DNA of 55,554 bases from a virus. The position numbers were made by a program, and so were the translations under genes. Numbering within the stretch: position 1 is the first letter of the stretch; each line of letters starts with the position of its first letter. The notes under the pieces were generated by a model. That model had not been told where the DNA came from. It worked only from the letters and a program-made list of their open reading frames with translations, and did not search any database. The DNA lies in IMG/VR virus record IMGVR_UViG_3300045988_021851, positions 1 through 55,554 of that record. One strand, 5' to 3'. This document shows, one piece after another, positions 16,224 to 26,152 of the stretch.

Positions 16224-19200
16224 TTATACCGGAAATGGTGACATTCCGGTACGATTAAAATACTCTTGTGCGCTTTGGCGTGTGCTATCAAAGATAACTT
16301 TTCCGTCAAGTGAAATCTGAATCGGTCGATTATTTCCTCCACCCATTTTCACAAGTGGCTGAATAACTTCCTTTACAGCCTGTGCGACTCCGTAAGAAAC
16401 AGACGATACAATCTGGTCGTTATTCATTACTGCAGTATGACCGCCAAGCGTACCGACAAGTTCCGGACCCGCTTCTCTTGCAACGAACATCTGTCCCATG
16501 TTTGGCAATCCACCGACTGCGTATTTCTTAATCGGCTTCCAACTTCCACCGGAAAATACACCGCCATCGGCTTTTTTTGTTGCAGAACCTTTTGTTTTTA
16601 CATTTACGGTTTTTCCTCTAAAGAATGTCGATACACTAGACCAGAGGTTCTTCAAAGCATTTGAAGCAAATGAAATGCCTATTTTTAATGTTCTTCCTGC
16701 ATTGATAACTTTTTCTTTCCACTCGTCACTTACATCTTTCCACCATGTTCCACCGGCTCTCTTGACGTTTACAGTAAATCTCTTTACCTCTTTTCCTACC
16801 GTAGTGCTTTCCCACCATTTTTTAACATTAGACCACCATTCACCGGATTTATTTTTAACGCCTGTAGTAAATTCTTTTACCTTACCGACTTTCTCTGCCC
16901 AATATTTCTTAGTGTTACTCCACCACTTAGATGCATCATTCTGGACTGCGGTTGTAAATTTCTTAACTTGTCCAACTTTTTGACCCCAATATTTCTTAGT
17001 GTTACTCCACCATTCTTTAGCGGAGTCTTTTACATCTGTAGTAAATTCTTTTACCTTACCGACTTTTTTAGACCAGTATTCCTTGGTATTCTCCCACCAT
17101 TCTTTAGCATTATCTTTTACCCTAGCTTTAAAATCTGCATATTTATTTTTTATCTTATCCCAATCAGACTTTAATTTCTTCCATAATTCAGATGCTGTTG
17201 TCTTTATTTTAGCTTGGAATTCAAGCGTTTTGTGGGATTTTACACTGTTTGCATCATATGGGTTTGCGGCATTTTTTATTTTTTCCGTTTTTTCCGAATA
17301 CTTACTATTGGAATTATACGGATTAGCAGAATTTGCATTTGCACGCTTTTTCGCTTTTTCTTCATAATTTTCAACATCTTTATCCGAAATCGCCCTTCCG
17401 TTATTATATGGATTAGCCTTGTTATCTCTGGCAGTTTTTTTTCTTCCCTCGACCCATCCGTATTTTTTAATATTGTCTATCCATTCTTTAAAGTCCTTAG
17501 AAAACTGCACTGCGACTGTAATTGTGGCTGCAATTACAAAACCTGTTGCAAGGGTTCCGGCTATGCCACCTCCCAACTTTACCAAACTTAGTTTTTTTGT
17601 TATCGCTTTACTTAATTTCTTATCAAGATTCTTTGTTATAGCACTCTTTATTAACTTATAGAAGTTTTTCCCAAGTCTGCTAAATGCTCTCGCCCCAATT
17701 ATCGTTGCTATGGCACTCGGTGATAAATTCGTAAGAAAAGTTTTTAGTCCATTGAAAATATCTTTCCAACTCAAATCATCAAAGAATCCTCGGACAAACT
17801 TCCAAAAACCATCAACCCATCCGTTGATAGCTTCTGCGCACTGTTTCCACTTGAATTTCTTGAAAAAACGATTAAATCCATGCGCCACATTCTTGCCAAA
17901 TGTTTCAAACTTAAATTTATCCGTAAATCCTTTTGATGCGAATATTGCAGTATTCAACGCTCCTGCAATCACATCAGCAGTTGCGGTAAATACACTATTT
18001 CCCTTTTTATCTTCTGAAAACAAACCATTAAGAAACTCTGCGAGTCCTGTTCCAAATCCGGACGCTTTAGCATATATTTTATCCCATTCAATGCCACCAA
18101 CGGCTTTTACAAGGGCTTTTCTTATTTCAATCCCAAGTCCTTCAAGGTCTTTTATGTTGCTTACGAAATCCTTGTAAATAGTGTCTGTCTTAACCAGTTT
18201 TCCGATATCTCCACCACCGGAACCACCAGCGCCTGAACTAGAGCCGGAACCTTTGTTTCCAGAACCGGAACCCTTGTCTTTACTCTGTTTTGAAATAACC
18301 TTTAATTCATCAAATGCACGAGTTGCCTGTTGGATTTCCTTTTTTGCTTTCTTGGCATTCTTTGCGATACCGCCTGTGTTTTTCCCTGCGTTTCCTGCGG
18401 CATTACTTAAATCGTCCATGCCGTCAGATGCGCTTCCAATATCATCAGCAAGGCCGCTGATCCCTGCTCCTTTGCTTGCTTCATATCTCCATCCAAAGAT
18501 TGAACCTAAAGCATTTGTTACCATTTCCGCAAAGGAAATCACCTTTTGCAGAACTGCATTGAGTACCTTGATAAACGGCTTAAATGCATTGATTAAACCA
18601 CCACCAACAACCGCTCCAAGTGCTTTGAAATTCTCTCTAAGCATGGTTATCTGGTTATGCCAACTATCTTGCGTCCTCTTGAAGTCCTCGGTTATATTGG
18701 TTGTATGCGCAAGCACATACTGATAACGCAACATGGCTTTTTGAGCCTGCGTCATTGAGGAAATGTTTGCATCAAGTCCTTGTTTTAATGCCCATTCCTT
18801 TAATGTTGCCTGTGTCAAGTCGATACCATAACGCCGCATAGGTGCCGTAGTACCGGAAAATACAGATTGCAGACTCTTGGCAATATCTTCTTGACTCACA
18901 TCATAGAATGAAGCCATATCTCCGGCTAATTCTGTCAACCGGATAGACATTTTTGCCATTTTCCCCTGTGGAATATCAAGGGCAGTTCCCATGGCTTGGA
19001 AACGGCTTGCAAACTGTTTCGCGGACAATTCGGACATACCAAATTTTTCAATTGATGTTTTTGCGAAATTGTTAATTAGGCTTTCATACTGCCCGAATGT
19101 CTGCCTTACAACGTTCTCAACCTCTGTCAGTGAGGATGATATGTCAATAGCATCTCCAAGTAGCCTAAATCCTCGGAATAGAGTCCAATACGTTGCATAT

Positions 19201-19832
19201 ACTTTTCCGATTGCAGACGCAAGGGAGAACGACTTCTTAGTAACCGCAGAAGCACCGGAACTAAATCCGCTAAATGAGCTTGTGATGCTTTTTGCCGCTG
19301 TTCCTGCCGCTCCACCGGTACGCGATAATTTTGCCAATGCATTTGTCATGTCGATAATATTCCGGCTTACGCTAGGGGCTTTCGACAGTTCAGACATAAG
19401 CTGTCGCATTGCCGTAGCAAGTTTCGGAATATTTTCAATCGCCTTGGTGGAACTCTGGTAGCCAAGCTGTTTGATTGCAGATGCAAGTTCGGTCAGACCC
19501 TTAACAGATGCTGACATTCCAGAAAGCCCTTTTACCGCATTGGAAATCTGACGCATAGAACCAGCCGCGGCATTAATCTGTTTGCTGTTGATAGAGCCTA
19601 ATTTGCTCACATTTCTTGCAACCGCAGAAAAAGTCCGTGTGTCAATTCCACGCATTGCCGTCATTGCCCCTGCAAGTCGGTTTACCCCGGTGGAAAGGCT
19701 ATTCAAATTCCCGGTACTAAGTCCGGAAAGTGCGGAAGATAATCTCCCAAGCCTTGTCACAAGCGCATCTATCTGACCGCTTGCCTGTTGTGCCTGTGCT
19801 TGGATTTTTATTTCAAGAGACTCTAATTCCAT
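16224..19832 (-). CDS. tail tape measure protein (1202 aa)
   Basis: Longest ORF, after the chaperone pair. About five tandem 29-aa repeats with a W-W motif (KEWWxNTKxYW..KVGxVKxFTT) at about 16715-17150; Gly/Ser-rich stretch. Confidence 0.85.
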   Translation of the reverse strand: MELESLEIKIQAQAQQASGQIDALVTRLGRLSSALSGLSTGNLNSLSTGVNRLAGAMTAMRGIDTRTFSAVARNVSKLGSINSKQINAAAGSMRQISNAVKGLSGMSASVKGLTELASAIKQLGYQSSTKAIENIPKLATAMRQLMSELSKAPSVSRNIIDMTNALAKLSRTGGAAGTAAKSITSSFSGFSSGASAVTKKSFSLASAIGKVYATYWTLFRGFRLLGDAIDISSSLTEVENVVRQTFGQYESLINNFAKTSIEKFGMSELSAKQFASRFQAMGTALDIPQGKMAKMSIRLTELAGDMASFYDVSQEDIAKSLQSVFSGTTAPMRRYGIDLTQATLKEWALKQGLDANISSMTQAQKAMLRYQYVLAHTTNITEDFKRTQDSWHNQITMLRENFKALGAVVGGGLINAFKPFIKVLNAVLQKVISFAEMVTNALGSIFGWRYEASKGAGISGLADDIGSASDGMDDLSNAAGNAGKNTGGIAKNAKKAKKEIQQATRAFDELKVISKQSKDKGSGSGNKGSGSSSGAGGSGGGDIGKLVKTDTIYKDFVSNIKDLEGLGIEIRKALVKAVGGIEWDKIYAKASGFGTGLAEFLNGLFSEDKKGNSVFTATADVIAGALNTAIFASKGFTDKFKFETFGKNVAHGFNRFFKKFKWKQCAEAINGWVDGFWKFVRGFFDDLSWKDIFNGLKTFLTNLSPSAIATIIGARAFSRLGKNFYKLIKSAITKNLDKKLSKAITKKLSLVKLGGGIAGTLATGFVIAATITVAVQFSKDFKEWIDNIKKYGWVEGRKKTARDNKANPYNNGRAISDKDVENYEEKAKKRANANSANPYNSNSKYSEKTEKIKNAANPYDANSVKSHKTLEFQAKIKTTASELWKKLKSDWDKIKNKYADFKARVKDNAKEWWENTKEYWSKKVGKVKEFTTDVKDSAKEWWSNTKKYWGQKVGQVKKFTTAVQNDASKWWSNTKKYWAEKVGKVKEFTTGVKNKSGEWWSNVKKWWESTTVGKEVKRFTVNVKRAGGTWWKDVSDEWKEKVINAGRTLKIGISFASNALKNLWSSVSTFFRGKTVNVKTKGSATKKADGGVFSGGSWKPIKKYAVGGLPNMGQMFVAREAGPELVGTLGGHTAVMNNDQIVSSVSYGVAQAVKEVIQPLVKMGGGNNRPIQISLDGKVIFDSTRQSAQEYFNRTGMSPFPV

Positions 19833-19893
19833 TTATCCACCAACTTTCTACATAAGAAAAAGACGGTAAGATTTGACCCTTACCGCCCTTGAA

Positions 19894-20583
19894 TTACTTT
19901 TTCAGTTTTCCCTTTTTCAGAAGAGAAAGCATCTTTGAATTTTCCTCTGATGTAAACTTAAAATTGGAAAATCCGTTCTTTTTTGCGATTTCCGCACGAT
20001 GTTCTTTCGACACATCATCTTCCCCAACCGCTTTTAACGCTTCTACGATTGAGTTTGAGTTTCCCTTATACTTCGGATAATACTTGGCTTTGCATTTCTT
20101 TGCTCCGCTTACAACAATAACTGTATGACCTTTTGTGCGTGTCACAAGAATATCTCCGTTGCGAAGAACGAACCCGACATGATAAGAACCCATATCATCG
20201 AACAGACCGGATTTCAAAATTACCGGTCGTTCATTGGATGTATTGAAATCTCCCACATCCTTACCGGATGCATAGATAATACAGGCACGTACAAGGGAAG
20301 AACAATCGCATTCCGTCTTGACTTTTGTGTTGATTCCATGCTTAATGACTCCGTAGCGTTCCGATTGGTCATAGCCGATATTTTTGTTATCAGATGCAAT
20401 CTTCATAGCTTCGGCTAACTTCTCCGCAACCCTATCGTCCTTCGCTCTTAGCACGTACCATCCCTTAGAATGGTTATAGAACTTCTGCATCGAAACTTCT
20501 TGTCCGGTCTGGTCTCCGGCTTTCCCACCAGAATAACAGTTGCCGTGTTCATCATGCCTAGCACTTCCAATAATTACTGCCAT
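19894..20583 (-). CDS. peptidoglycan hydrolase (Cys/His amidase-peptidase type, Amidase_5/NlpC-P60-like) with C-terminal wall-binding-like domain
   Basis: IGYDQSERYG..ECDCSSLVRACI..GDILVTRTKGHTVIV catalytic Cys/His pattern; C-terminal SIVEALKAVG..IAKKNGFSNFKFTSEENSKMLSLLKKGKLKK. Confidence 0.6.
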   Translation of the reverse strand: MAVIIGSARHDEHGNCYSGGKAGDQTGQEVSMQKFYNHSKGWYVLRAKDDRVAEKLAEAMKIASDNKNIGYDQSERYGVIKHGINTKVKTECDCSSLVRACIIYASGKDVGDFNTSNERPVILKSGLFDDMGSYHVGFVLRNGDILVTRTKGHTVIVVSGAKKCKAKYYPKYKGNSNSIVEALKAVGEDDVSKEHRAEIAKKNGFSNFKFTSEENSKMLSLLKKGKLKK

Positions 20584-20599
20584 AGCAATACCTCTTTTC

Positions 20600-21064
20600 T
20601 TAAACTATCTTTGGTTTTGGTAAATGTGATTGTCTTGATTTAGCCGCCCATTCTTCTTCTGCCTTAAGCATTTCTCGTATCTCTGCATCGGGATCGTCCG
20701 TATTCTGCTTTTCGATAGAATCATAGCAAGTTTCTTTCACGTACTTGCTATTACCCTTTCCGAATGTCGCGTCTATTGCGGTCACGAGTGCTGACGTTGC
20801 GTATCTGCCAAACCACATATACATTTCCATGTCGCGTTGTTTCCATTCTGCCTTATATGCATCCACATAAGGCTTAAGCAACTCTGGATTCATCATATCT
20901 ATATCATCAACGGAAAATCCGTATCCTTTCGTTACCACAAGGTAAAACGGACGGATTTCCGCAACGTAATATTCCCATGTTAGTTCTTGTTGGCTGTCTT
21001 GGATGGAGTTTTCTTTGCCGGCGTTCGATTCTTCTTCTCCGTCTCCATCATTTGCGCTAAAAAA
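20600..21064 (-). CDS. -1 frame extension giving the GT-like chaperone fusion
   Basis: The -1 frame is open from the slippery site (21064) through the G stop to 20600; there is no RBS-preceded start for the 20600..20938 ORF. Confidence 0.6.
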   Translation of the reverse strand, partial: FFSANDGDGEEESNAGKENSIQDSQQELTWEYYVAEIRPFYLVVTKGYGFSVDDIDMMNPELLKPYVDAYKAEWKQRDMEMYMWFGRYATSALVTAIDATFGKGNSKYVKETCYDSIEKQNTDDPDAEIREMLKAEEEWAAKSRQSHLPKPKIV

Positions 21065-21402
21065 CTGTTTGACTCCAACTCGGACTCTAACTCATTAAAC
21101 AAGTCAAGGCAGTTGATTTCGCCATTGTCAATCTTTTCGGAAAGCATATCAAGCACCTTCTGGAACTGCTCGTCATATCCTTCCCCTGTTTCGTAGTCAT
21201 ATCCAAACTCGTCCTTATGGCTTACTTGCAGTCCTACAAGAAGCATCTTAGGAAGTGTTTCAAGTAACAGTTTCTCTACAGACTCTAAGCTTCCGTCCTG
21301 CTCACTTACCGACTCTGATACATCTTTGATAAGATGTGACTTTAATGTTGGCTTAAAACCAAATTTGATTGAATATTCGCTATTTCCTAACTTAACTTTC
21401 AT
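20980..21402 (-). CDS. tail assembly chaperone (G-like, zero-frame product)
   Basis: 140-aa acidic ORF between the major tail and tape measure genes; contains the slippery heptamer near its 3' end. Confidence 0.65.
   Translation of the reverse strand: MKVKLGNSEYSIKFGFKPTLKSHLIKDVSESVSEQDGSLESVEKLLLETLPKMLLVGLQVSHKDEFGYDYETGEGYDEQFQKVLDMLSEKIDNGEINCLDLFNELESELESNSFLAQMMETEKKNRTPAKKTPSKTANKN
21058..21064 (-). promoter_or_regulatory. programmed -1 ribosomal frameshift slippery heptamer T TTT TTA
   Basis: In the zero frame agT TTT TTA (S-F-L of ..NSFLAQMM..); X XXY YYZ pattern. Confidence 0.6.
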
Positions 21403-21545
21403 GTTTTACCTTGCCTTTCTGCCCTATATTGGCAAGGGGCAGTGTTGCCACCGCCCCATTGTTGCTTATCTTATTGCTTCAAGTTCTGCTATCGACCGTT
21501 CATCCTCGCCTACCGGTGCGGTCGATTGCTCGTCCGATAGGCTTT

Positions 21546-22031
21546 TTACCCCACCACTGTTACAGTGAATGTTCCATTGTTGTTATCAACGACAGTCAGC
21601 TTATCTGTAACAAGCTCTGATGCTGTACTTGGAATAACTGTTACCGTCATTTCAAGGATTTCATCGTTTCCACCTACATCGTTAGGTGTGGCTGTTGCAG
21701 TTCCTACATATGCGTACTTCGCTACACCGCCAATACCGTCCGTTCCATACAGATGGATAATATCAAGTTTTTTATCTCCATATCCATCCACTTTTGAAAG
21801 ATATTCTTTTTCAAGGTTTCCTGTGATTTCTCTTGAATCAGAAGTCTTAATTCCTTTTTCAAAAGTCTGCTGATCATCTTCCATTGTGGTTGACTCAACC
21901 GTGTTTGGTGGTGATGCAGGGCTTGGAACTGACTTAGCCGCAACCAAAAGATTATATGTTCCTGCAAAGTCAGCCTGTTTTTCCGTGTGCTCTTTTACAA
22001 TGACACGTGTTCTATAGCTTGTTGATGCCAT
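21546..22031 (-). CDS. major tail protein (161 aa; called from position)
   Basis: ORF track; directly upstream of the chaperone pair and tape measure gene. Confidence 0.6.
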   Translation of the reverse strand: MASTSYRTRVIVKEHTEKQADFAGTYNLLVAAKSVPSPASPPNTVESTTMEDDQQTFEKGIKTSDSREITGNLEKEYLSKVDGYGDKKLDIIHLYGTDGIGGVAKYAYVGTATATPNDVGGNDEILEMTVTVIPSTASELVTDKLTVVDNNNGTFTVTVVG

Positions 22032-22051
22032 ATTTTCTACTTCCTTTCTGC

Positions 22052-22462
22052 TTATAGCTGATCTAAATGCTCAACGTTTCCAATTACGCGAGTTGCGCGG
22101 AATGTAACCGTTCGCACTTGCTTGGAAATTGTTGAGATTACATTTGATACCTCAAACATTTGTTGTTTAAAAAAAGACACCGCATATGCTGCGATGTCCT
22201 TAGTTGCTTTTCTCGAACCTTTGTTTGTAATTGTAATCTGAAATGTTGGGCGAATTGCGTTGATTGTCTTTGCTTCATTCGTTCGTCCGGCTTCTGTACC
22301 ACCGATTTGTCTGACTAAAAGTGTCGGGAATGTTGCGGTACCGCCCGATTCTTCATCTTGCGTCACCTTAATTCCTCTTACCTTGCTTTCCATGTATGAT
22401 TTCAAAAGGGAACATAAGGTATCTTCAAAATCAAGTGCCCAACTGTTTAACTCATTTTCCAC
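22052..22462 (-). CDS. tail completion/terminator-like protein
   Basis: GTG start 6 nt after GGGAGG; position between the gp10-like gene and the major tail gene. Confidence 0.4.
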   Translation of the reverse strand: MENELNSWALDFEDTLCSLLKSYMESKVRGIKVTQDEESGGTATFPTLLVRQIGGTEAGRTNEAKTINAIRPTFQITITNKGSRKATKDIAAYAVSFFKQQMFEVSNVISTISKQVRTVTFRATRVIGNVEHLDQL

Positions 22463-22994
22463 CGAATACCTCCCTTGCAATCTTTACATACTGTTGAATA
22501 ATCTGTTGTTCCGCATTGTACATAGGCATTGTGGCTTTGATACCGTGGGTATAACGCCATGTTTCGGTCTTATCGTCCCAATAGTACCAACCATCTTCAA
22601 AAGCGTGTATTTGCCCCGGATATGTGCCGACACCGAATCCAAGTTCCGGTGCTTTTGGGTTCTCTTTGGAGTTATAAAAAATACCGGCTCCAAACTCTAC
22701 TGCCAATAAAGTGTAGAACGGCTCTCTATCTTCTGACGTTACCGTTTTTCCGGTTGCAATCAGAATCGCATTCGAGGTCATTAACTGCGGTGCTTTATCA
22801 ACCCTTACCGTTATCGTGTTCCCTATTGGAGATTTCGATATTTGTTTTATTGCCACCGTCTGGCCTTCCTGTGCAAGCCTAGAAACAAGTAAATCGCATT
22901 TAGCCTGTAAACTATCGCGGTACTGTTCTAATTTCTTTATAGCGTCTTGTATGGACTTAGTGGATAGTGTCATTGAAATAGGTTTCTTTTTCAT
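22452..22994 (-). CDS. HK97 gp10-like tail component
   Basis: 180-aa ORF; LLAVEFGAGI core and head-to-tail joining position resemble the gp10 family. Confidence 0.45.
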   Translation of the reverse strand: MKKKPISMTLSTKSIQDAIKKLEQYRDSLQAKCDLLVSRLAQEGQTVAIKQISKSPIGNTITVRVDKAPQLMTSNAILIATGKTVTSEDREPFYTLLAVEFGAGIFYNSKENPKAPELGFGVGTYPGQIHAFEDGWYYWDDKTETWRYTHGIKATMPMYNAEQQIIQQYVKIAREVFGGK

Positions 22995-23002
22995 ACAATC
23001 AC

Positions 23003-23461
23003 CTACTTAATATTCTTTCGAAGAAGAAATAAATCCGTGGTCAGTCCTTCATCAGCAACGCCTTTTACGATGTAATCTGCGGTTTCTGAATCCACAAGTC
23101 CATCATCAGTGCGTCCTACTTCCGAACGTTTCCACACAACGTCACCGGCTTTCAGTGGTAAATATCCTTTATCCGTGACAAGCTGACAGTATGATGTGCT
23201 ATCATCAATTCCAAATTCTTTCACAAGGGCTTCTGACAACTTATTGCTGATATTTGCTTGGAATGTCTTAGGTTCTGAAAACCCTTCAACTTCCTCGCCT
23301 TTTGGAATCTTGTTGCCTTCGGAATCTAAATAAGGTACAAAGTTCCCATCGGAATCCTTGTACCCTTCATAGACAATATCTCCATTTTCGTCAGTTTGTG
23401 GGATGAATACCCTCTGACCGCCTTGCGAATACTTCATTTTCTGCTTGTTAATGTCAAGCAT
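23003..23461 (-). CDS. head-tail adaptor/head closure-like protein
   Basis: Start MLDINKQ with GGAGGAAAA RBS; called from position only. Confidence 0.35.
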   Translation of the reverse strand: MLDINKQKMKYSQGGQRVFIPQTDENGDIVYEGYKDSDGNFVPYLDSEGNKIPKGEEVEGFSEPKTFQANISNKLSEALVKEFGIDDSTSYCQLVTDKGYLPLKAGDVVWKRSEVGRTDDGLVDSETADYIVKGVADEGLTTDLFLLRKNIK

Positions 23462-23657
23462 TGGTGTTTTCCTCCGGGATTCCGGCAACACTTGTCAGAA
23501 GTGATAACACTCCGGCAAGGACTGATGCAGAAAGAACATATTTCCAATCCACCGCACCCATAAATGCCGCCGTTCCAATTCCAGCAACTGCCGCCTGCGC
23601 AACAGTCTTGATTGCTCGGATTCCGGCTTTCTTAGTCCAATCTTTCCAATTTCTCAT
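23454..23657 (-). CDS. holin-like protein (r1t/LL-H-like pattern)
   Basis: KKAGIRAIKTVAQAAVAGIGTAAFMGAVDWKYVLSASVLAGVLSLLTSVAGIPE: two TM helices with the R.IKT.AQ motif seen in this holin class. Confidence 0.55.
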   Translation of the reverse strand: MRNWKDWTKKAGIRAIKTVAQAAVAGIGTAAFMGAVDWKYVLSASVLAGVLSLLTSVAGIPEENTNA

Positions 23658-23961
23658 GGCTTTTATCTCCTTTCCCTATATGAATTTCTTCAATCTCATG
23701 TTTCATTTTCGTAACCATTCCATTTCCACCTAACGCATGGTACGCATCATACATCTCACAGAAGTTCTGATAGGCATATGACGGTATTTCTCCGATTCTG
23801 GTGTACTTTGCATGGTATTCAATAAGTTGGACGCGCAAAAGGAGCATTGTTCCTTTACTGTTTGCATCCCTACTTTTCTTTTGCTGTTTAAGAAGCCAAA
23901 CTATATATCCAAGCACTATCGGAAGTGCCACAAGATAAGTTTGAATCAAAATACTTTTCAT
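23632..23961 (-). CDS. membrane protein (N-terminal TM), possible holin partner
   Basis: Start MKSILIQTYLVALPIVLGYIVWLL with AAAGGAGA RBS; overlaps the holin-like gene. Confidence 0.45.
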   Translation of the reverse strand: MKSILIQTYLVALPIVLGYIVWLLKQQKKSRDANSKGTMLLLRVQLIEYHAKYTRIGEIPSYAYQNFCEMYDAYHALGGNGMVTKMKHEIEEIHIGKGDKSHEKLERLD

Positions 23962-24061
23962 TTGAATCTCCTTTTGACGCACTGCCCACCACCGCTTAAT
24001 GTGCGCCGCCTGCAACCATTTTACCGGCATCGGAAATATGGTCACGCACAATCTTCTTTAA

Positions 24062-24442
24062 TTACATTGCTTTTACAAACGGAAACACTCCAACAAAAAG
24101 GCTTTCACGGTCTTTCCATGTCCGGCTCACACCGTTTTCTGAGAAACTTGCCATGTACGCTTCTCCTGCCTGCGACCGGTCGTACACTGCCAAATTGACC
24201 ATAATGTTTTCATAGTTCTTAACATCACTGTCAATCTGGTCTTTCGTGTATGTGTCCGGGTAGTTCCGCCTGCTGATAATCTCTTTTTTTGCCTGCTCTA
24301 AAAGCTGTTCAATCAAAGGGTTACATTCTTTTTCATCAAACACAACTTTATCGGACTTCTCCCCGGTCGCTTCGTCCTCTACTTCTTCTATATGAAATTG
24401 TTTTAAACGAATCTTTACCTGTTCGACAAGCGTGTATGACAT
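24062..24442 (-). CDS. head-tail connector (gp6-like) protein
   Basis: Start MSYTLVEQVKIRL; position right after the capsid genes; size about 126 aa. Confidence 0.45.
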   Translation of the reverse strand: MSYTLVEQVKIRLKQFHIEEVEDEATGEKSDKVVFDEKECNPLIEQLLEQAKKEIISRRNYPDTYTKDQIDSDVKNYENIMVNLAVYDRSQAGEAYMASFSENGVSRTWKDRESLFVGVFPFVKAM

Positions 24443-24452
24443 AAGCGATCTC

Positions 24453-24680
24453 CTACAGATTAAATTTTGCAATCAGAATTTCTTTCAGTTCCGCACCGCT
24501 TGTCGCTTGTGCATTTTCAATTCCCTGCTCCGCGGCAAGTTTTTGCAAGTCTGCGGTACTCATTCTGTTAATTTCGGTCTTTGTATACCCAACGGAAGAT
24601 ACCGGAGAATTACTCTCCGGCACTTCTTCTCCTGCGTTATACCATTTACCATTATGAATCACTATATATGGATATTTCAT
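24453..24680 (-). CDS. hypothetical protein with HeH/Rho-N-like C-terminal motif
   Basis: MSTADLQKLAAEQGIENAQATSGAELKEILIAKF resembles SAP/HeH DNA-binding motifs. Confidence 0.4.
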   Translation of the reverse strand: MKYPYIVIHNGKWYNAGEEVPESNSPVSSVGYTKTEINRMSTADLQKLAAEQGIENAQATSGAELKEILIAKFNL

Positions 24681-24691
24681 AGTTGCACCCC

Positions 24692-25765
24692 CTACTCTTC
24701 GCTATGAACCTCATATACAAATGTGCTATCCATATTTTCATACGATGGAAGTACAACCTCGGATGCAAATGTTGACATCTTCATAGGTGGTCCATACTCT
24801 GTCTTTGTAGCGACTGTAATACCTACACCATATGTTGTTACATCAACATCAGCTATCTGTCTTGCAGTTCTTTCTTCCGGTGTAGTGCCAAACCAAGTGC
24901 TACCAAGGCTGCCTTCCGGAAGAAGTGTAACCTTGTTATCTGGGTAGAAGTACTGCTCCTTGCCATCATCATCAATGTACATCTTATCGTAAAGTACGAT
25001 AGTGAGCTTTGTTCTCTTCTGCGCTACTGAAACAACAGTATCATCATCAACCTCAATGGTTGCTGTAAGGTTCTGTGCAAGGATTGAGTTTCTTATCTGC
25101 TCATTATCAAGCAAATACTGGAATGTATTGCTGTTCATAAGTGCATATTTAGCAATCTTGCCCTTTTTCTTTAATTCCTTTCTTCCATTGTTAAGGTCTG
25201 TAAGTGGCTTTGAATTAGCTGTATCGCTCCACATGCTTGTGCCGGACAGCTTTACATAATGGTCTTTTGCGTATGAGCCGTCTTTGTCATAATCATAGGC
25301 ATACTGAACGCCATCACTCACGATAGCAATTACGGGGTGTCCTGCATTTGTTGCAAGAAGTGACATTCTCATTCTTTCTGGTACAACTTCTGCACCGCTT
25401 ACAAGGTTATTTGTATCGTCATACACACTTGATAAAGCACTTGCAAGGTATGGGTCGTCAGCAGACTGAATACGCTCAATTTCAAGCATTTCCTCTTCGC
25501 CTACTGTCATTCCCTCACGGAAAAATGCCATTTGCGTTTTTTCCTTGCTTAATCCGCCTCTAGCTCTAAGAGTTGGAATTGTGTCAAAGTTGGATGGTGC
25601 AAGTGATACTGGAAGTCCTTTATGTGTTTTAATCCAACTTAAATCAAGTCCCTGCTTCTTTCTTTCAGGAAACCACTGTAAACCAAGATAAGGTATCTGA
25701 TTACTAGCGTTTTCTGTTGCCGATAATGCAATAGACTTACTGTCTAATACTTCATTAATTAACAT
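24692..25765 (-). CDS. major capsid protein (lambda gpE-like family)
   Basis: 357-aa ORF after the scaffold and decoration genes; the N-terminal region resembles E-type capsid proteins. Confidence 0.7.
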   Translation of the reverse strand: MLINEVLDSKSIALSATENASNQIPYLGLQWFPERKKQGLDLSWIKTHKGLPVSLAPSNFDTIPTLRARGGLSKEKTQMAFFREGMTVGEEEMLEIERIQSADDPYLASALSSVYDDTNNLVSGAEVVPERMRMSLLATNAGHPVIAIVSDGVQYAYDYDKDGSYAKDHYVKLSGTSMWSDTANSKPLTDLNNGRKELKKKGKIAKYALMNSNTFQYLLDNEQIRNSILAQNLTATIEVDDDTVVSVAQKRTKLTIVLYDKMYIDDDGKEQYFYPDNKVTLLPEGSLGSTWFGTTPEERTARQIADVDVTTYGVGITVATKTEYGPPMKMSTFASEVVLPSYENMDSTFVYEVHSEE

Positions 25766-25782
25766 CTGTTTACCTCCTGTTA

Positions 25783-26136
25783 TTATTCAAATACAATCAT
25801 TGGAAGAGCTGTCTTAACCGCTGCGTCATATGTAACGCCAGAATGTGCTTCTGCTACCTTTGTATTAAGATATGCTTTTTTAAGCAATACTCCCTGTGGT
25901 CTGTCCTCTGTTACATCGAACCTTAAAATGCCTACTACTGTGGCTGTATTGTCAGCCTTTCCGGTTGCTCCGATTGGTGTACCTGCCTTGACAATTCTCT
26001 TGCCCTGTGCGTTTTTAGTTGTCACGCCGTCAAAATCAAGTGTTAATGGGATTGCTTCGTTAGGCTCTCTCTTTAAAATTTGAACATCTCCTGCGTATGA
26101 AGTCTTTTCATACTGCATATTCATTTCCTTTGCCAT
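25783..26136 (-). CDS. head decoration-like protein
   Basis: 117-aa ORF between the scaffold and major capsid genes. Confidence 0.4.
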   Translation of the reverse strand: MAKEMNMQYEKTSYAGDVQILKREPNEAIPLTLDFDGVTTKNAQGKRIVKAGTPIGATGKADNTATVVGILRFDVTEDRPQGVLLKKAYLNTKVAEAHSGVTYDAAVKTALPMIVFE

Positions 26137-26152
26137 TTCTTACCTCCTGTTA

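Noticed and set aside
16437-19776. Many + strand ORFs (for example 16498..16983, 17710..18177, 18181..18723, 18991..19461) antisense to the tape measure gene, and similar ones opposite other long - strand genes
   Set aside because: These are shadow ORFs: they have no RBS, low-complexity or biased composition (S/F/L/P-rich), and are fully embedded in well-supported genes on the other strand.
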